A DNA stretch of 64,000 bases, taken from the NCBI GenBank assembly GCA_047601445.1, contig JASGJH010000001.1, positions 1,312,001 to 1,376,000 of the forward strand, read 5' to 3'. This DNA comes from Myxococcales bacterium (GTDB lineage Bacteria; Myxococcota_A; Polyangia; Polyangiales; DASUME01). Position 1 is the stretch's first letter, and the number at the start of each line of letters is the position of its first letter. The position numbers and the translations under genes were made by a program. Below the pieces are notes generated by a model. It worked only from the letters and a program-made list of their open reading frames with translations. It ran no database searches and was not told where the DNA came from. This document shows, piece after piece, positions 10,300-22,287 of the stretch.

Positions 10300-11150
10300 C
10301 GCGCAACGCGACCAAGCCCACCAAAAGCCGCGGCACCGCGCCCAAACGAGATGCCGGCAGCGCGCTGAGCCAGCGTATTCAACGCGGCGCGGTGGCCCAC
10401 TACGAGGACCCCCACTATTACGACCACACCTACAAGCGGCGCCGCAACGACGTGCGCTTCTACGTGGACCTCGTGAAGGAGCGCCCGGGCGCGGTGCTCG
10501 AGCTCGGAGTGGGGACTGGACGCGTGGCGTTGGCCCTGGCGCGCGCCGGCGTCGAGACGGTGGGTATCGAGCCGGTGCCGGCCATGCTCCAGCACGCGCG
10601 GATCAAGCGGGAGGCTCTGCCCGCGGCCGCCCAGAGCTGCCTCGAGCTACGGGCGGGCGACGCCCGCACGCTGCGCCTGAAGCGGCGCTTCCCCTGGGTC
10701 ATCGCGCCCTTCAATGTGTTCATGCACCTGTACACGCGACGAGAGCTCGAACAGGCCTTCGCCAGCGTGCGCGCGCACCTCGCGCCGCGCGGTCGCTTCG
10801 TGTTCGATGTGCTGATGCCCGATCTACACGCGATGGTCCGCAGGCCGGGCAAGCTCTACAAGGGCCCTGCCCTCACCGAGCCCAACACAGGCCGGCGCTA
10901 CGAATACTTCGAGGCCTTCGAGTACCAGCACGAGCGCCAGGTCCAGCTGGTGTCAATGGTCTTCCAAAATCTGTCGGAGCTCGGCGACCTCAAGATCGTT
11001 CCCCTGAGTCAGCGCCAGTTCTTCCCCCAGGAGCTCGAGGCGCTCTTGCATTACAACGGCTTCACCGTCGAGCACGTGTGGGGAGACTTCTCCCGCGCAC
11101 CGCTGTGCGCCGAGAGCGAGAGCCAAATCGTGGTGGCCCGGGCGCGCTAA
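10296..11150 (+). CDS. Class I SAM-dependent methyltransferase
   Basis: VLELGVGTGRV, AGDAR, HLAPRGRFVFD; ATGA overlap with the HAD gene. Confidence 0.88.
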   Translation: MTRNATKPTKSRGTAPKRDAGSALSQRIQRGAVAHYEDPHYYDHTYKRRRNDVRFYVDLVKERPGAVLELGVGTGRVALALARAGVETVGIEPVPAMLQHARIKREALPAAAQSCLELRAGDARTLRLKRRFPWVIAPFNVFMHLYTRRELEQAFASVRAHLAPRGRFVFDVLMPDLHAMVRRPGKLYKGPALTEPNTGRRYEYFEAFEYQHERQVQLVSMVFQNLSELGDLKIVPLSQRQFFPQELEALLHYNGFTVEHVWGDFSRAPLCAESESQIVVARAR

Positions 11151-11158
11151 GGGACTCC

Positions 11159-12520
11159 CTACCGGGCTGCGCGCAACGCTTCTTCCACGATGCGATCGTG
11201 CTCCTTGGGATCGGCCCATCGGCGCCGACCTTCCTCGGGCAGGCTGCGGATGGGATCGAAGTAGCAGAACAGGCGCCCGGGCTTGACGCTCGGCGCGCTG
11301 TACACGGACACGCCCGTAACGCGGTCGTAATACTCCGCCGAGTGGACCTGACGCTTGCCGCCGCCCCCCGGCGCGTCGACCACGAAGGTGGGCGTGTTGA
11401 AGCCGGCCGTTGCGCCGCGGACCGCCTTCTCGATTTGCATCGATGAGTGGACACTGGTGCGCAGATCTTCCACGCCCCGCACCAGGTCGTGCTGGTACAC
11501 GTAGTACGGCTGCACGTTCACGTAGCTCAGGCGCCGCACCAACGTGATCATGGTCTCGACGCTGTCGTTGACCCTGGCCTGCATCACGCTCTGGTTGCGC
11601 ACGGTGACCCCGTGCTCGAACAAGCGATTCATGGCCTGCTCGGTGATGCGCGTGATCTCGTTGGGATGATTGAAATGCGTGTGCAATACCACTTGCTTGT
11701 GCAGCTTGCGCCCGCGCTCGACGAGGCCGACCAGCGCTCCGAACCAGGCGTCGTCGCTCAGGATTTTCTGGGGCATCACGGCGGGCCCCTTGCTCGCGAT
11801 GCGGATACGCCGGATGTTCGGGATATCGAGCAAGGCGTCGCCGATGAAGCGCAGCTGCTCGGGCTTGAGCGTGTAGGAGTCGCCGCCGCTCACCACCACG
11901 TCTTCTACCTCGCTGCGCAGCTTGAGGTACTCGAAGGCGTGCTCCCAGCGCTGCATGTTCACCTTGAGGCTCAGCTTCTCCACCTCGGTATCCGGTCCCA
12001 CGGCGTAGGAGCGCGTGCAGAAGCGGCAGTACACGGGGCAGGTGTTGAGCGGCAAGAAGAGCACCTTGTCGGGATAGCGGTGGGTCAAGCCCGGAACCGG
12101 GGAATCCGCCTGCTCGGCGAGCGAGTCGAGCCCCAACTTCGGGTGGTCGGGGAGCATCTCGGACTCGAGGGGAATGAACTGTCGCCGGATGGGATCGTCC
12201 TCGGGTGCGCTCCAGTCCACCAAGCTGAGCAGATACGGAGAGACTCGTACGCTCATCGGCGCGCGCAAGAAGCCGCGCGCGGCGTCCTCGACGAACGTCT
12301 CGCTGACCAATCCCGTGAGCGCATCGAGCAGCGCCTTCGGCTTGGTGACCGACTGTCTCGCCTGCCACTGGTGATCGAGAAACTCTTGTTCCGAAACCTG
12401 ACGGAAGGCCGGGATAACCCGCCAAAACTCGCCGCCGCGCAGATCGCGGTGACGCACATCTTGCTGCGACTCGGCGTGCTCAGGACTGGGCAGCGCATCT
12501 TGGATCACACGCAGGACCAC
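11159..12520 (-). CDS. KamA-family radical SAM/PLP aminomutase (lysine 2,3-aminomutase-like)
   Basis: LTHRYPDK, CPVYCRFC, VSGGD, HFNHPNE, RNQSV, PGGGGK (PLP Lys). Confidence 0.9.
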   Translation of the reverse strand: MVLRVIQDALPSPEHAESQQDVRHRDLRGGEFWRVIPAFRQVSEQEFLDHQWQARQSVTKPKALLDALTGLVSETFVEDAARGFLRAPMSVRVSPYLLSLVDWSAPEDDPIRRQFIPLESEMLPDHPKLGLDSLAEQADSPVPGLTHRYPDKVLFLPLNTCPVYCRFCTRSYAVGPDTEVEKLSLKVNMQRWEHAFEYLKLRSEVEDVVVSGGDSYTLKPEQLRFIGDALLDIPNIRRIRIASKGPAVMPQKILSDDAWFGALVGLVERGRKLHKQVVLHTHFNHPNEITRITEQAMNRLFEHGVTVRNQSVMQARVNDSVETMITLVRRLSYVNVQPYYVYQHDLVRGVEDLRTSVHSSMQIEKAVRGATAGFNTPTFVVDAPGGGGKRQVHSAEYYDRVTGVSVYSAPSVKPGRLFCYFDPIRSLPEEGRRRWADPKEHDRIVEEALRAAR

Positions 12521-12730
12521 GTTTGCCTCCGTCTCGTTTCAGAGGCTTGCGCGCGGCCTGGTTCGCACGGCGCGCGCAGGCTCTTCTTCCATGCTAGCGC
12601 AGCCTCGGGGAACGCGGTCGAACTGGGCTGAGGCACAGCGGCGTGCCATGCTCGGCTCCGTGCGGAAGGCCACAGCTTTGCCGCCGTTTTCGCCCGCGCG
12701 CAGATGGTCGCGCTTCGCCAAGGGGCTCGT

Positions 12731-13735
12731 GTGGAAGATCGCCTGTTGTTCGTCATCTCACCGCCGCGCGCCGGGTCCACTCTGCTGCAGCAGATGCTCG
12801 GCTCCCACGCGGAGATCTTCACCCATCCGGAACCGCACCTGATCACGCCGCTCGCCTACCTCGGGTACCACGGCAACGTCGATAAGGCGCCCTTCGATCA
12901 CATCAACGGCGCGGAGGCGATTCGAGCCTACGTGGGCCGCTTGCCCGGCGGCGAGGCCGACTACCTCGACGCGCTGAGGGCCTACAGCGACACCATGTAC
13001 GGACGCATGCTGGCCCCCAGCGGCCGCCGCTACTTCCTCGACAAGACCCCCGCCTACGCCACCGTCTTGCCGTTCCTCACTCGGCTCTATCCGCGCGCCA
13101 AGTACGTGGTCCTCACGCGTCATCCGTTGGCCGTGATGAGCAGCTACGCCAACAGCTTCTTCGTCGGCGACTGGCACGCCGCCCACGCCTTCAACCCGGT
13201 GCTCGAGCGCTACGTGCCGGCGATGGCCAAGGTAATCCGCGACGCCCAGGTGCCGCTCTTGCAGGTGAACTACGAGCAGTTGGTGGCCGACCCCGAAGCC
13301 GCACTCCAGCGCATCTTCGAGTTCCTCGGCCTCGAGCACGATCCGGGCGCCGTGAACTACGGCAAGCGCTTCGAAGCGAAGGAGGGCATGGGCGACCCCA
13401 TCGGCGTGAAGAAGCACGACCGGCCCACCACCGAGAGCGTCGAGAAGTGGATCCCGGAGCTGCTCTCGGATCCCAAGAAGCTCAAGCTGGCCCGCGAGAT
13501 CATCGACCGGCTCGAGGACGTCGATCTCGAGACCTGGGGCTACCCGCGCGCGAGCGTGTTCGAGGCGCTCGAGCAGGGCAGCGCCAGCAAGCTGCCCAAG
13601 CCCCCCGTGTGGAACAAGTACGTGTTCCAACGCCGCGTGATGCTCGCGCTCAAGAAGGACATCGCCACGCGTCCCCACGGCAAGCTGCTCAAGAAGGTCA
13701 AGTACTACTGCGACGTGTTGCTGCGCGAGCAGTGA
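12731..13735 (+). CDS. PAPS-dependent sulfotransferase (alternative start 12704)
   Basis: PRAGSTLL 5'-PSB loop, DKTP, LTRHPLAVMSS 3'-PB motif, YEQLVADPE. Confidence 0.88.
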   Translation: MEDRLLFVISPPRAGSTLLQQMLGSHAEIFTHPEPHLITPLAYLGYHGNVDKAPFDHINGAEAIRAYVGRLPGGEADYLDALRAYSDTMYGRMLAPSGRRYFLDKTPAYATVLPFLTRLYPRAKYVVLTRHPLAVMSSYANSFFVGDWHAAHAFNPVLERYVPAMAKVIRDAQVPLLQVNYEQLVADPEAALQRIFEFLGLEHDPGAVNYGKRFEAKEGMGDPIGVKKHDRPTTESVEKWIPELLSDPKKLKLAREIIDRLEDVDLETWGYPRASVFEALEQGSASKLPKPPVWNKYVFQRRVMLALKKDIATRPHGKLLKKVKYYCDVLLREQ

Positions 13736-13877
13736 GGGGCGCGCCTGCGCGCGGCGCGCGGGCAAGTCGGCGGCGAGGGCGGTCACGCACACCGTCGCCG
13801 TCGCGGTCAAAGTTCACGACCAAGACCACGCGCACGACTAGCGGCAGACGTTTGTCGGCAATCGTTGGGCGGAGGGC

Positions 13878-16598
<2,721 letters not shown>

Positions 16599-16930
16599 AA
16601 CAGGGCCGTTTACCACGGCCGATTGGCACCACAAGCGGGGCCTCCGCCAGGCCCGTCAGCGCCGCTCTTGCAACCCGGATTTCGATACGATCCAGAGCAG
16701 TGTTCCAGGCTTGTTTCCGACAAGAAACTTCGCGCGTATCTGACCCGCTTCCCGCCCAACTCAATGGTCAATTCTCCTTTGGAAATAGGGGTAACACCGT
16801 TGTTGGACATCTTGCCTGTGCTAGTTTCGTCCGCGCTCGTGCACTCGTTCGTCAGGTTGTTTCGCGAGACCATTTAGGGATGTTCTGCGCGTTGCATGGA
16901 GCCGCGCGCGCAGACGCGGAGGCAGGCGGG

Positions 16931-17389
16931 ATGGTGAAGGTTGCCCGGAAAGAATCGGGGGGCCGCGGCAGCGCGGAGGCCATCGAGAAACGTCGTGTTG
17001 CGCGTCAACTCAACACACTGTTCGGAGGACCCGGCAATCCGGCCGGAAAGCTCGACGGCCGCACCGAGAAGCGCAGACAGCGCCTGTTGAAGGAGCTCAA
17101 GGAAGGCCGCGCAGGCCAGGCCCTCAAGCCCATCGAAATCGTCTGTCATGCGAACGAACTGCTCTCACTCGGCGAGACCCTCACCAGCATTCGCAAGAAC
17201 GGCCTCAAGGCCTCGCGCATCGACCTGGTGGACAGCAGCGAGAAAGCCGAGACCGTGCTCCGAGCCCAGGAGGCCTACGGCTTTCGTCCCGAAGTATGGA
17301 AGCTGCTCGGCATCGACCTTGCCGAGCTCGAGAGCGCCGAGAACAGCAAAGCTCCCGCGACCCGCCGAAAGCGCAAGGCCCACGCCTGA
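16931..17389 (+). CDS. Basic hypothetical protein
   Basis: 152-aa ORF with typical codon usage and Lys/Arg-rich ends; GGAGG upstream; start uncertain. Confidence 0.7.
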   Translation: MVKVARKESGGRGSAEAIEKRRVARQLNTLFGGPGNPAGKLDGRTEKRRQRLLKELKEGRAGQALKPIEIVCHANELLSLGETLTSIRKNGLKASRIDLVDSSEKAETVLRAQEAYGFRPEVWKLLGIDLAELESAENSKAPATRRKRKAHA

Positions 17390-17521
17390 GGCGCCCGCCC
17401 ACCTACACTGGCGCCTAGACCAGCGCCCGCAGCGAACCTCCAAACTGGACACAAACACCCGGAAGCGCTACATCCCGGTCGCCTTTGTTGGCTCGCGGGC
17501 GGAACCGCCCGCTTCGACTTC

Positions 17522-17593
17522 GGCGCGGTAGCCAAGTGGTTAGGCAACGGTTTGCAAAACCGTCACACACCGGTTCGAATCCGGTTCGCGCCT
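17522..17593 (+). tRNA. tRNA-Cys (GCA); CCA end not encoded
   Basis: Acceptor stem GGCGCGG/TCGCGCC, D-arm GCC-AAGTGGTTA-GGC, anticodon arm ACGGT-TTGCAAA-ACCGT, T-loop TTCGAAT, discriminator T followed by CCC. Confidence 0.95.
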
Positions 17594-17605
17594 CCCGAGA
17601 TTTCC

Positions 17606-17646
17606 AAGACCCCAGCAGCCTCGAGCTCGCTGGGGTTTTGTCGTTT
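17606..17646 (+). terminator. Probable intrinsic terminator of tRNA-Cys
   Basis: ACCCCAGC...GCTGGGGT stem followed by TTTGTCGTTT. Confidence 0.65.
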
Positions 17647-17690
17647 CTGGGAGCGGAGAAGAAAGCGCGTGGTCTACGCGTTGGGAATGG

Positions 17691-17804
17691 ATGCTAGCCG
17701 GGCTGCTCGGGACGCTCGCCATCTTCGCAGCGACGATCATCAAGCACATGGCCATCGTCGGCATCGTGTGGTTCACGGTCAGTCGCAAGAAGCGGCGGAA
17801 CTGA
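17691..17804 (+). CDS. Putative 37-aa membrane peptide
   Basis: MLAGLLGTLAIFAATIIKHMAIVGIVWFTVSRKKRRN: hydrophobic, with a basic tail. Confidence 0.4.
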   Translation: MLAGLLGTLAIFAATIIKHMAIVGIVWFTVSRKKRRN

Positions 17805-17932
17805 GGCGACCTCGAGGTTGTCGGGGCCAAGGTCGCTTCGCCGGCCCTAGCGGGCTCAACAGGCTCTCGAGCCGCGCTGGGCCGAAAGCGCTAGACCCTT
17901 CTCAATCTCGCAGTCCGTGAAAGTAGAACTCC

Positions 17933-18271
17933 ATGTCGCTCCCTCAGCGGACACCGCGACGCCGGCTTCCGATCCTGCTCGACGTCAGCTGGTGGTTTGT
18001 CGTCCTGCTCGCTGTGCTGGCTCTGGTCGCGGACTTCACGTACCCGACGCTGGGCGTAGCGCTCTGTCTGTCCTTTTCCGGGGCGGCCATGGCGCTGAAC
18101 GCGCGCACGGTCCCCGCAACGCTCACACGCTGGAAGGCCGCTTGGCGCGTGGGCTGCCTGCTGTGCGCTCTGGCCTCTTGGATCTTCGCTGGCGTGCAGT
18201 TCGCCCAGCTTGCCTGGGAGCCGGCCCGGCGCCCTGTGAGCCAGTCCCGGAGCCCGCGAACAGGCGACTGA
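17933..18271 (+). CDS. Small hypothetical membrane protein (~3 TM)
   Basis: Three hydrophobic segments in 112 aa. Confidence 0.5.
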   Translation: MSLPQRTPRRRLPILLDVSWWFVVLLAVLALVADFTYPTLGVALCLSFSGAAMALNARTVPATLTRWKAAWRVGCLLCALASWIFAGVQFAQLAWEPARRPVSQSRSPRTGD

Positions 18272-18391
18272 CAGCGCTGCGCGATCCCATCCGCCTGGCT
18301 TCCGTTGGCAAGACGCTGGTGTTGGCGATCGTGGTCTTCTTCAAGCGGAAAGACTGGTGGCGCGCAACGGTTCCTCTTCCTCCGTGACGCG

Positions 18392-18422
18392 AGCAGCCTC
18401 GAGCTCGCTAGGGCTTGGTCGT
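18392..18422 (+). repeat. Direct repeat of the tRNA-Cys terminator segment (17614-17644)
   Basis: agcagcctcgagctcgctagggcttggtcgt vs agcagcctcgagctcgctggggttttgtcgt, 28/31 identical. Confidence 0.8.
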
Positions 18423-18588
18423 CCGTCGAAGGACGCGTGCCACGATGGAAAGCGTTCCGTATCCGCCATGTCTTCGCCGTCGGAGCCCCGGGCCCTGCGC
18501 CCGCGCGCGCTTTTCGTGGCATAAGGACGCGCCGTTCGTGCGGGACCCGCCTGCAGGTCACGCTCGAACGTCCACGCGGAGGAGCCCT

Positions 18589-18954
18589 TTGCTGATCATC
18601 TCTCTGCTCTTGCTGGTCCTGATGGCCATCGGCTTTATCCAGCTGGTAGGGACGGTGCGGGCGCTGTTCGGGTTGTTTGGCCGTCGCTGGGCCGACGCCG
18701 AGCGCCTCTCGCGTTACGCGCTCCTGACCGCCCTAGTCGCCTACCCCCTGATCACCACCGCGCTGTTCTACGCGCAGCTCCACTGGGGTCCGGCTGAGGC
18801 CGCCGCCTCACGGGACGAGGCCTTGGCGCGTACCATCTCCGCGACCATGAACTTCGGCATCGTGGGGGTCCTCTCGGTGCCCCTGGCAGCCCTGGTCTGG
18901 CTGGTCGCTTTCAGCGCGCGGACCCGCCAAGCCCGCCAGGACCGCTCGCCCTGA
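18589..18954 (+). CDS. Small hypothetical membrane protein (~3 TM)
   Basis: GGAGGAG RBS before a TTG start; three hydrophobic helices. Confidence 0.6.
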   Translation: MLIISLLLLVLMAIGFIQLVGTVRALFGLFGRRWADAERLSRYALLTALVAYPLITTALFYAQLHWGPAEAAASRDEALARTISATMNFGIVGVLSVPLAALVWLVAFSARTRQARQDRSP

Positions 18955-19116
18955 GAAAACGCGACGCGGGCAGCTCCCGACCGCCTGTTGAATCGCCGTT
19001 GTTCCCCTTCAGCTTCAAGGCAGCCCCGCGCCCGAACCTCGAGTAGAGTGCGCCGGCTGATGCGCCCCGATGAGAGCAGTACTTCGCGGCCGAACTCCCA
19101 GGCCGCTGCCGAGCCC

Positions 19117-22100
19117 ATGGCGACGGCATCGACCGTGATGCGAGCGAGCTTATGGTGCGGCCTGGGCGCGGGTCTGTTCGTGGCTATGGGAGACTTCGGA
19201 GCCACCTGGCTGTGGCTGCCGGTCTGGCGGGATCGCGGAAGCTACCTATGGCGTATGCTGGCCGCCCTGGGTCCCGCAGGGGCCCTGCTCGCGACCTTGG
19301 CGGGCTGCTTGGGTTGGCTCGCGTATCGGGGCGCAACGCGGGTTTCGCCCTCGCGTAGCTCCGTGGCCTGGGCGGGAGCGTTGGCGGCCTTGAGTCTGCC
19401 GGGGGCTCGCTGGCTGGCGCTCAAGCTGTGCTCTGGCGGGATGATGTCCCGGCTCGCGCAACGCACGCTCATCGAATGGACGCTGACGCTGGTCCTGCCG
19501 GCCTCGTTGGGAATGGCGCTCTACCTCGGACTGCGCCTGGCCCGTTGGCTCGCGTCGCACCGTCGCATGGCCTTCCGTTTCGGCCTCGGGCTGTTGGCGC
19601 TGGCCTTCGGGTTGGGGAAGCTCAATCAGACCTTCCTCCCCAACCTCTACGACTACCTCCACGCGGGGCTCGCAACGCTTACGTTCGCGTGCGCAGCGTT
19701 CGGGTTCCTGAGCATCGCAGGTGATTCGCGCGTCGCGCCTACATCGCAACGGATCTCGGGTACGCGCATGAGCGCGGCCTCAGCGTTGATCCTGGTCATG
19801 GTGTTCGTGCTCGATGTGTTCACGCTGGACGAGAACTTGAACGTGCGGGTCGCCATGTTCGACGCGCGCTCGGCGGCCAGCCGCGCCATGCTGTCTGGGC
19901 TCGACCCCGTGCTGCGCGTGTGGACGCAGCGCAACCGGCGCAGCGGGAACTCGTTCGGTGCACTACTGGCGCGCGAAGGCGCCCACGGGTCCTTGCCCAC
20001 CGAACCAGGCGCCCACGTGGTGCTGATCACGATCGATGCCCTGCGCGCCGATCACCTCTCGGGCTATGGGTACACGCGTCCGACTTCGCCGGAGCTCGAC
20101 CGCTTCGCGCAGGGCGCCGTGCAGTTTCAGCGCGCCTACGCCCAGGCTCCGCACTCGAGCTACTCGCTGAGCTCGCTGCACACGTCCGAATATCTACACG
20201 AGGTGGTGGAACTGGGACGCCCCCTGCCCAAGGCCACGCTAGCCACGACGCTGGCGGCCAACGGCTATCACACGGCGGCCTTCTTTACGGACGGCATCTT
20301 CCATACCGAAGGTCAACGACTCGCCCAGTACCGCGACACGGCCTTCGGCTTCGCGCTGTTCGACAACACCAACCGCGAAAGCGAGGAGCAGACCGACCGT
20401 GTGCTCGCGGAGGTGGATCGCATCAAGCAGCAAGGGGAGCCGCCGAGCTTCTTCTGGGTTCATTACTTCGACGTGCATGAGCCCTACCAGGAGACCACCT
20501 TCGGCTCAGGCGAGCTCGATCGATACGACAGCGAAATCAAGCATGTGGACCGCGAACTTGCGCGCCTCTTGAAGCTCATGGAGGAGCGTCTCGAGCGCGA
20601 GTTGGTGGTCGCTATCACGGCGGATCATGGAGAAGAGTTCCGTGAGCACGGCGGCGTCTACCACGGCTCCACGCTCTACGATGAGCAAGTGCGGGTGCCG
20701 CTCTTGCTGCGCGTGCCTGGTCTCGCGGGCGCCAAGGTCGATGCGCCCGTGGAGGTCGTGGACGTCGCGCCGACGCTGCTCGGTGCCGTCGGGGTGCCCG
20801 TGCCCGCGAGCATGCGAGGCAAGGACCTGCGGGCCCTCTCGGGCAAGGCGGGGACGAACGAAACGGCCGCCTTCTCCGCCGTGCTCACCAAGCGCATGGC
20901 GATGCGCTGGCCCCACAAGGTGATCGCTGACCTGCGCTTCGGGCTCTACGAGCTGTACGACCTGAGCCAGGACCCGCACGAGCGGCGTAACCTGGCTTCG
21001 ACCGAGCCCGAGAAGCTCGGCGAGATGCGCGACCTGGTCTACGCCTGGCTCGACTCGCTCGAGCACGACAAGCAGCCTGCTGTCGGTGCCAAGACGCCGG
21101 GCGAAGGCTGGGACAAGGCGCTCTTGTGGGGCCGCCTGGGTGACCGGCGCGCGGTCGAGCCGATGTCGAAGTTGATCCTCGACACCAAGGCCCCGGTAGC
21201 GATCCGGGTCGAGGCCGGCCAGGTCCTGGCCAAGCTGGCGGACGAGAGCTGCGCCCCCGCGCTGGTGGAGGCGCTCCACACCGAGCCCTTCGAGGTCTCC
21301 ACGGAGGCCGCCATCGCACTGGGGCGCATGTACGATCCACGCGCCCGTGATGCCCTGCGGCGCTTGATCCACGTGGAGGACCCCTTCGTGCGCGCGCGCG
21401 CCGCGGTGTCGCTCGGGCGCCTGCGCGACCCAGAAGCGGTGCCGGCGCTGATTGACGCGCTGTGGGTGGCCCCCACTCAATACGAACGTGAGGAGGCCGT
21501 GCGCTGGCTCGGTCGCTTGCGTGATCCGAGGGCGCTCGAGCCGTTGCTAAGCCTGCTACCAGAGTTCGGCCTGCGTTACCTGGTCACGGTGGCCCTCGGA
21601 CAATTGGGGGACCCGCGCGCCTATGACGCGCTCGCCGAGATGCTGCGTTGGGAAACCCACACCAACATTCGCGATGAGTTGATCCGGGGTCTCGGCTTGT
21701 TGGGCGATCCCCGCGCACTCCCGATCGTCACCGACGTGCTGGCCCAGGAGCCAGGCCTCAAGAACACGCCTGAGACCCTGGTGCGGCTCGATGCCGTGCA
21801 AAAGGGCTACCTCGGCGGGACCGACCTGGGCCCCGACACGCGCGACATGCGGGGCTTTGGCGCGTGCCGCGCGGGTCCGTTGCTTCACGACTGGGATTAC
21901 CTCGACCGCACCACCTGCCAGCAGCTCGCGCCACATGCCGAGCTCAAACTCAGCTTGCCGCGGGAACACGCGAACTGGGCAGCCGGCGCTCAGCTCATCA
22001 TCCGCCTCAAGCGCGACGCGGTACCGCTGTCGGGTTCGCTCGCGCTCAGCATGGGCGGCAAACCGCTCGCCACGCTCGAGGTGGACGGGTCGTGGCGCGA

Positions 22101-22287
22101 GCATCGCATCGACGTGCCCGCCGAGCTTCTCACGGGCTCGAGCGCGCGCTTGTCCCTCGAATGGACCGGGGACGCGCCTTACACCGAGGTCGACCACGCC
22201 CTCCTGGTGCCACGTAGCGAACGCCTGAGTGCTAGCCCTGAGCTAGGCACACCGAATGCCGCGCACCACGCGCCAGCTGTCCCCTGA
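19117..22287 (+). CDS. Multi-TM sulfatase-like hydrolase/transferase with C-terminal HEAT repeats
   Basis: Several N-terminal TM helices; LITIDALRADHL, HYFDVHEPY, TADHGEEF, HGSTLYDEQVRVPL; repeated ALGRLxDPRA HEAT units. Confidence 0.85.
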   Translation: MATASTVMRASLWCGLGAGLFVAMGDFGATWLWLPVWRDRGSYLWRMLAALGPAGALLATLAGCLGWLAYRGATRVSPSRSSVAWAGALAALSLPGARWLALKLCSGGMMSRLAQRTLIEWTLTLVLPASLGMALYLGLRLARWLASHRRMAFRFGLGLLALAFGLGKLNQTFLPNLYDYLHAGLATLTFACAAFGFLSIAGDSRVAPTSQRISGTRMSAASALILVMVFVLDVFTLDENLNVRVAMFDARSAASRAMLSGLDPVLRVWTQRNRRSGNSFGALLAREGAHGSLPTEPGAHVVLITIDALRADHLSGYGYTRPTSPELDRFAQGAVQFQRAYAQAPHSSYSLSSLHTSEYLHEVVELGRPLPKATLATTLAANGYHTAAFFTDGIFHTEGQRLAQYRDTAFGFALFDNTNRESEEQTDRVLAEVDRIKQQGEPPSFFWVHYFDVHEPYQETTFGSGELDRYDSEIKHVDRELARLLKLMEERLERELVVAITADHGEEFREHGGVYHGSTLYDEQVRVPLLLRVPGLAGAKVDAPVEVVDVAPTLLGAVGVPVPASMRGKDLRALSGKAGTNETAAFSAVLTKRMAMRWPHKVIADLRFGLYELYDLSQDPHERRNLASTEPEKLGEMRDLVYAWLDSLEHDKQPAVGAKTPGEGWDKALLWGRLGDRRAVEPMSKLILDTKAPVAIRVEAGQVLAKLADESCAPALVEALHTEPFEVSTEAAIALGRMYDPRARDALRRLIHVEDPFVRARAAVSLGRLRDPEAVPALIDALWVAPTQYEREEAVRWLGRLRDPRALEPLLSLLPEFGLRYLVTVALGQLGDPRAYDALAEMLRWETHTNIRDELIRGLGLLGDPRALPIVTDVLAQEPGLKNTPETLVRLDAVQKGYLGGTDLGPDTRDMRGFGACRAGPLLHDWDYLDRTTCQQLAPHAELKLSLPREHANWAAGAQLIIRLKRDAVPLSGSLALSMGGKPLATLEVDGSWREHRIDVPAELLTGSSARLSLEWTGDAPYTEVDHALLVPRSERLSASPELGTPNAAHHAPAVP

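Noticed and set aside
11159..12520. Calling the aminomutase EpmB
   Set aside because: It is longer than typical EpmB, and no efp or epmA is nearby.
17522..18960. Prophage or ICE at tRNA-Cys
   Set aside because: No integrase, and no duplication of the tRNA 3' end itself was seen.
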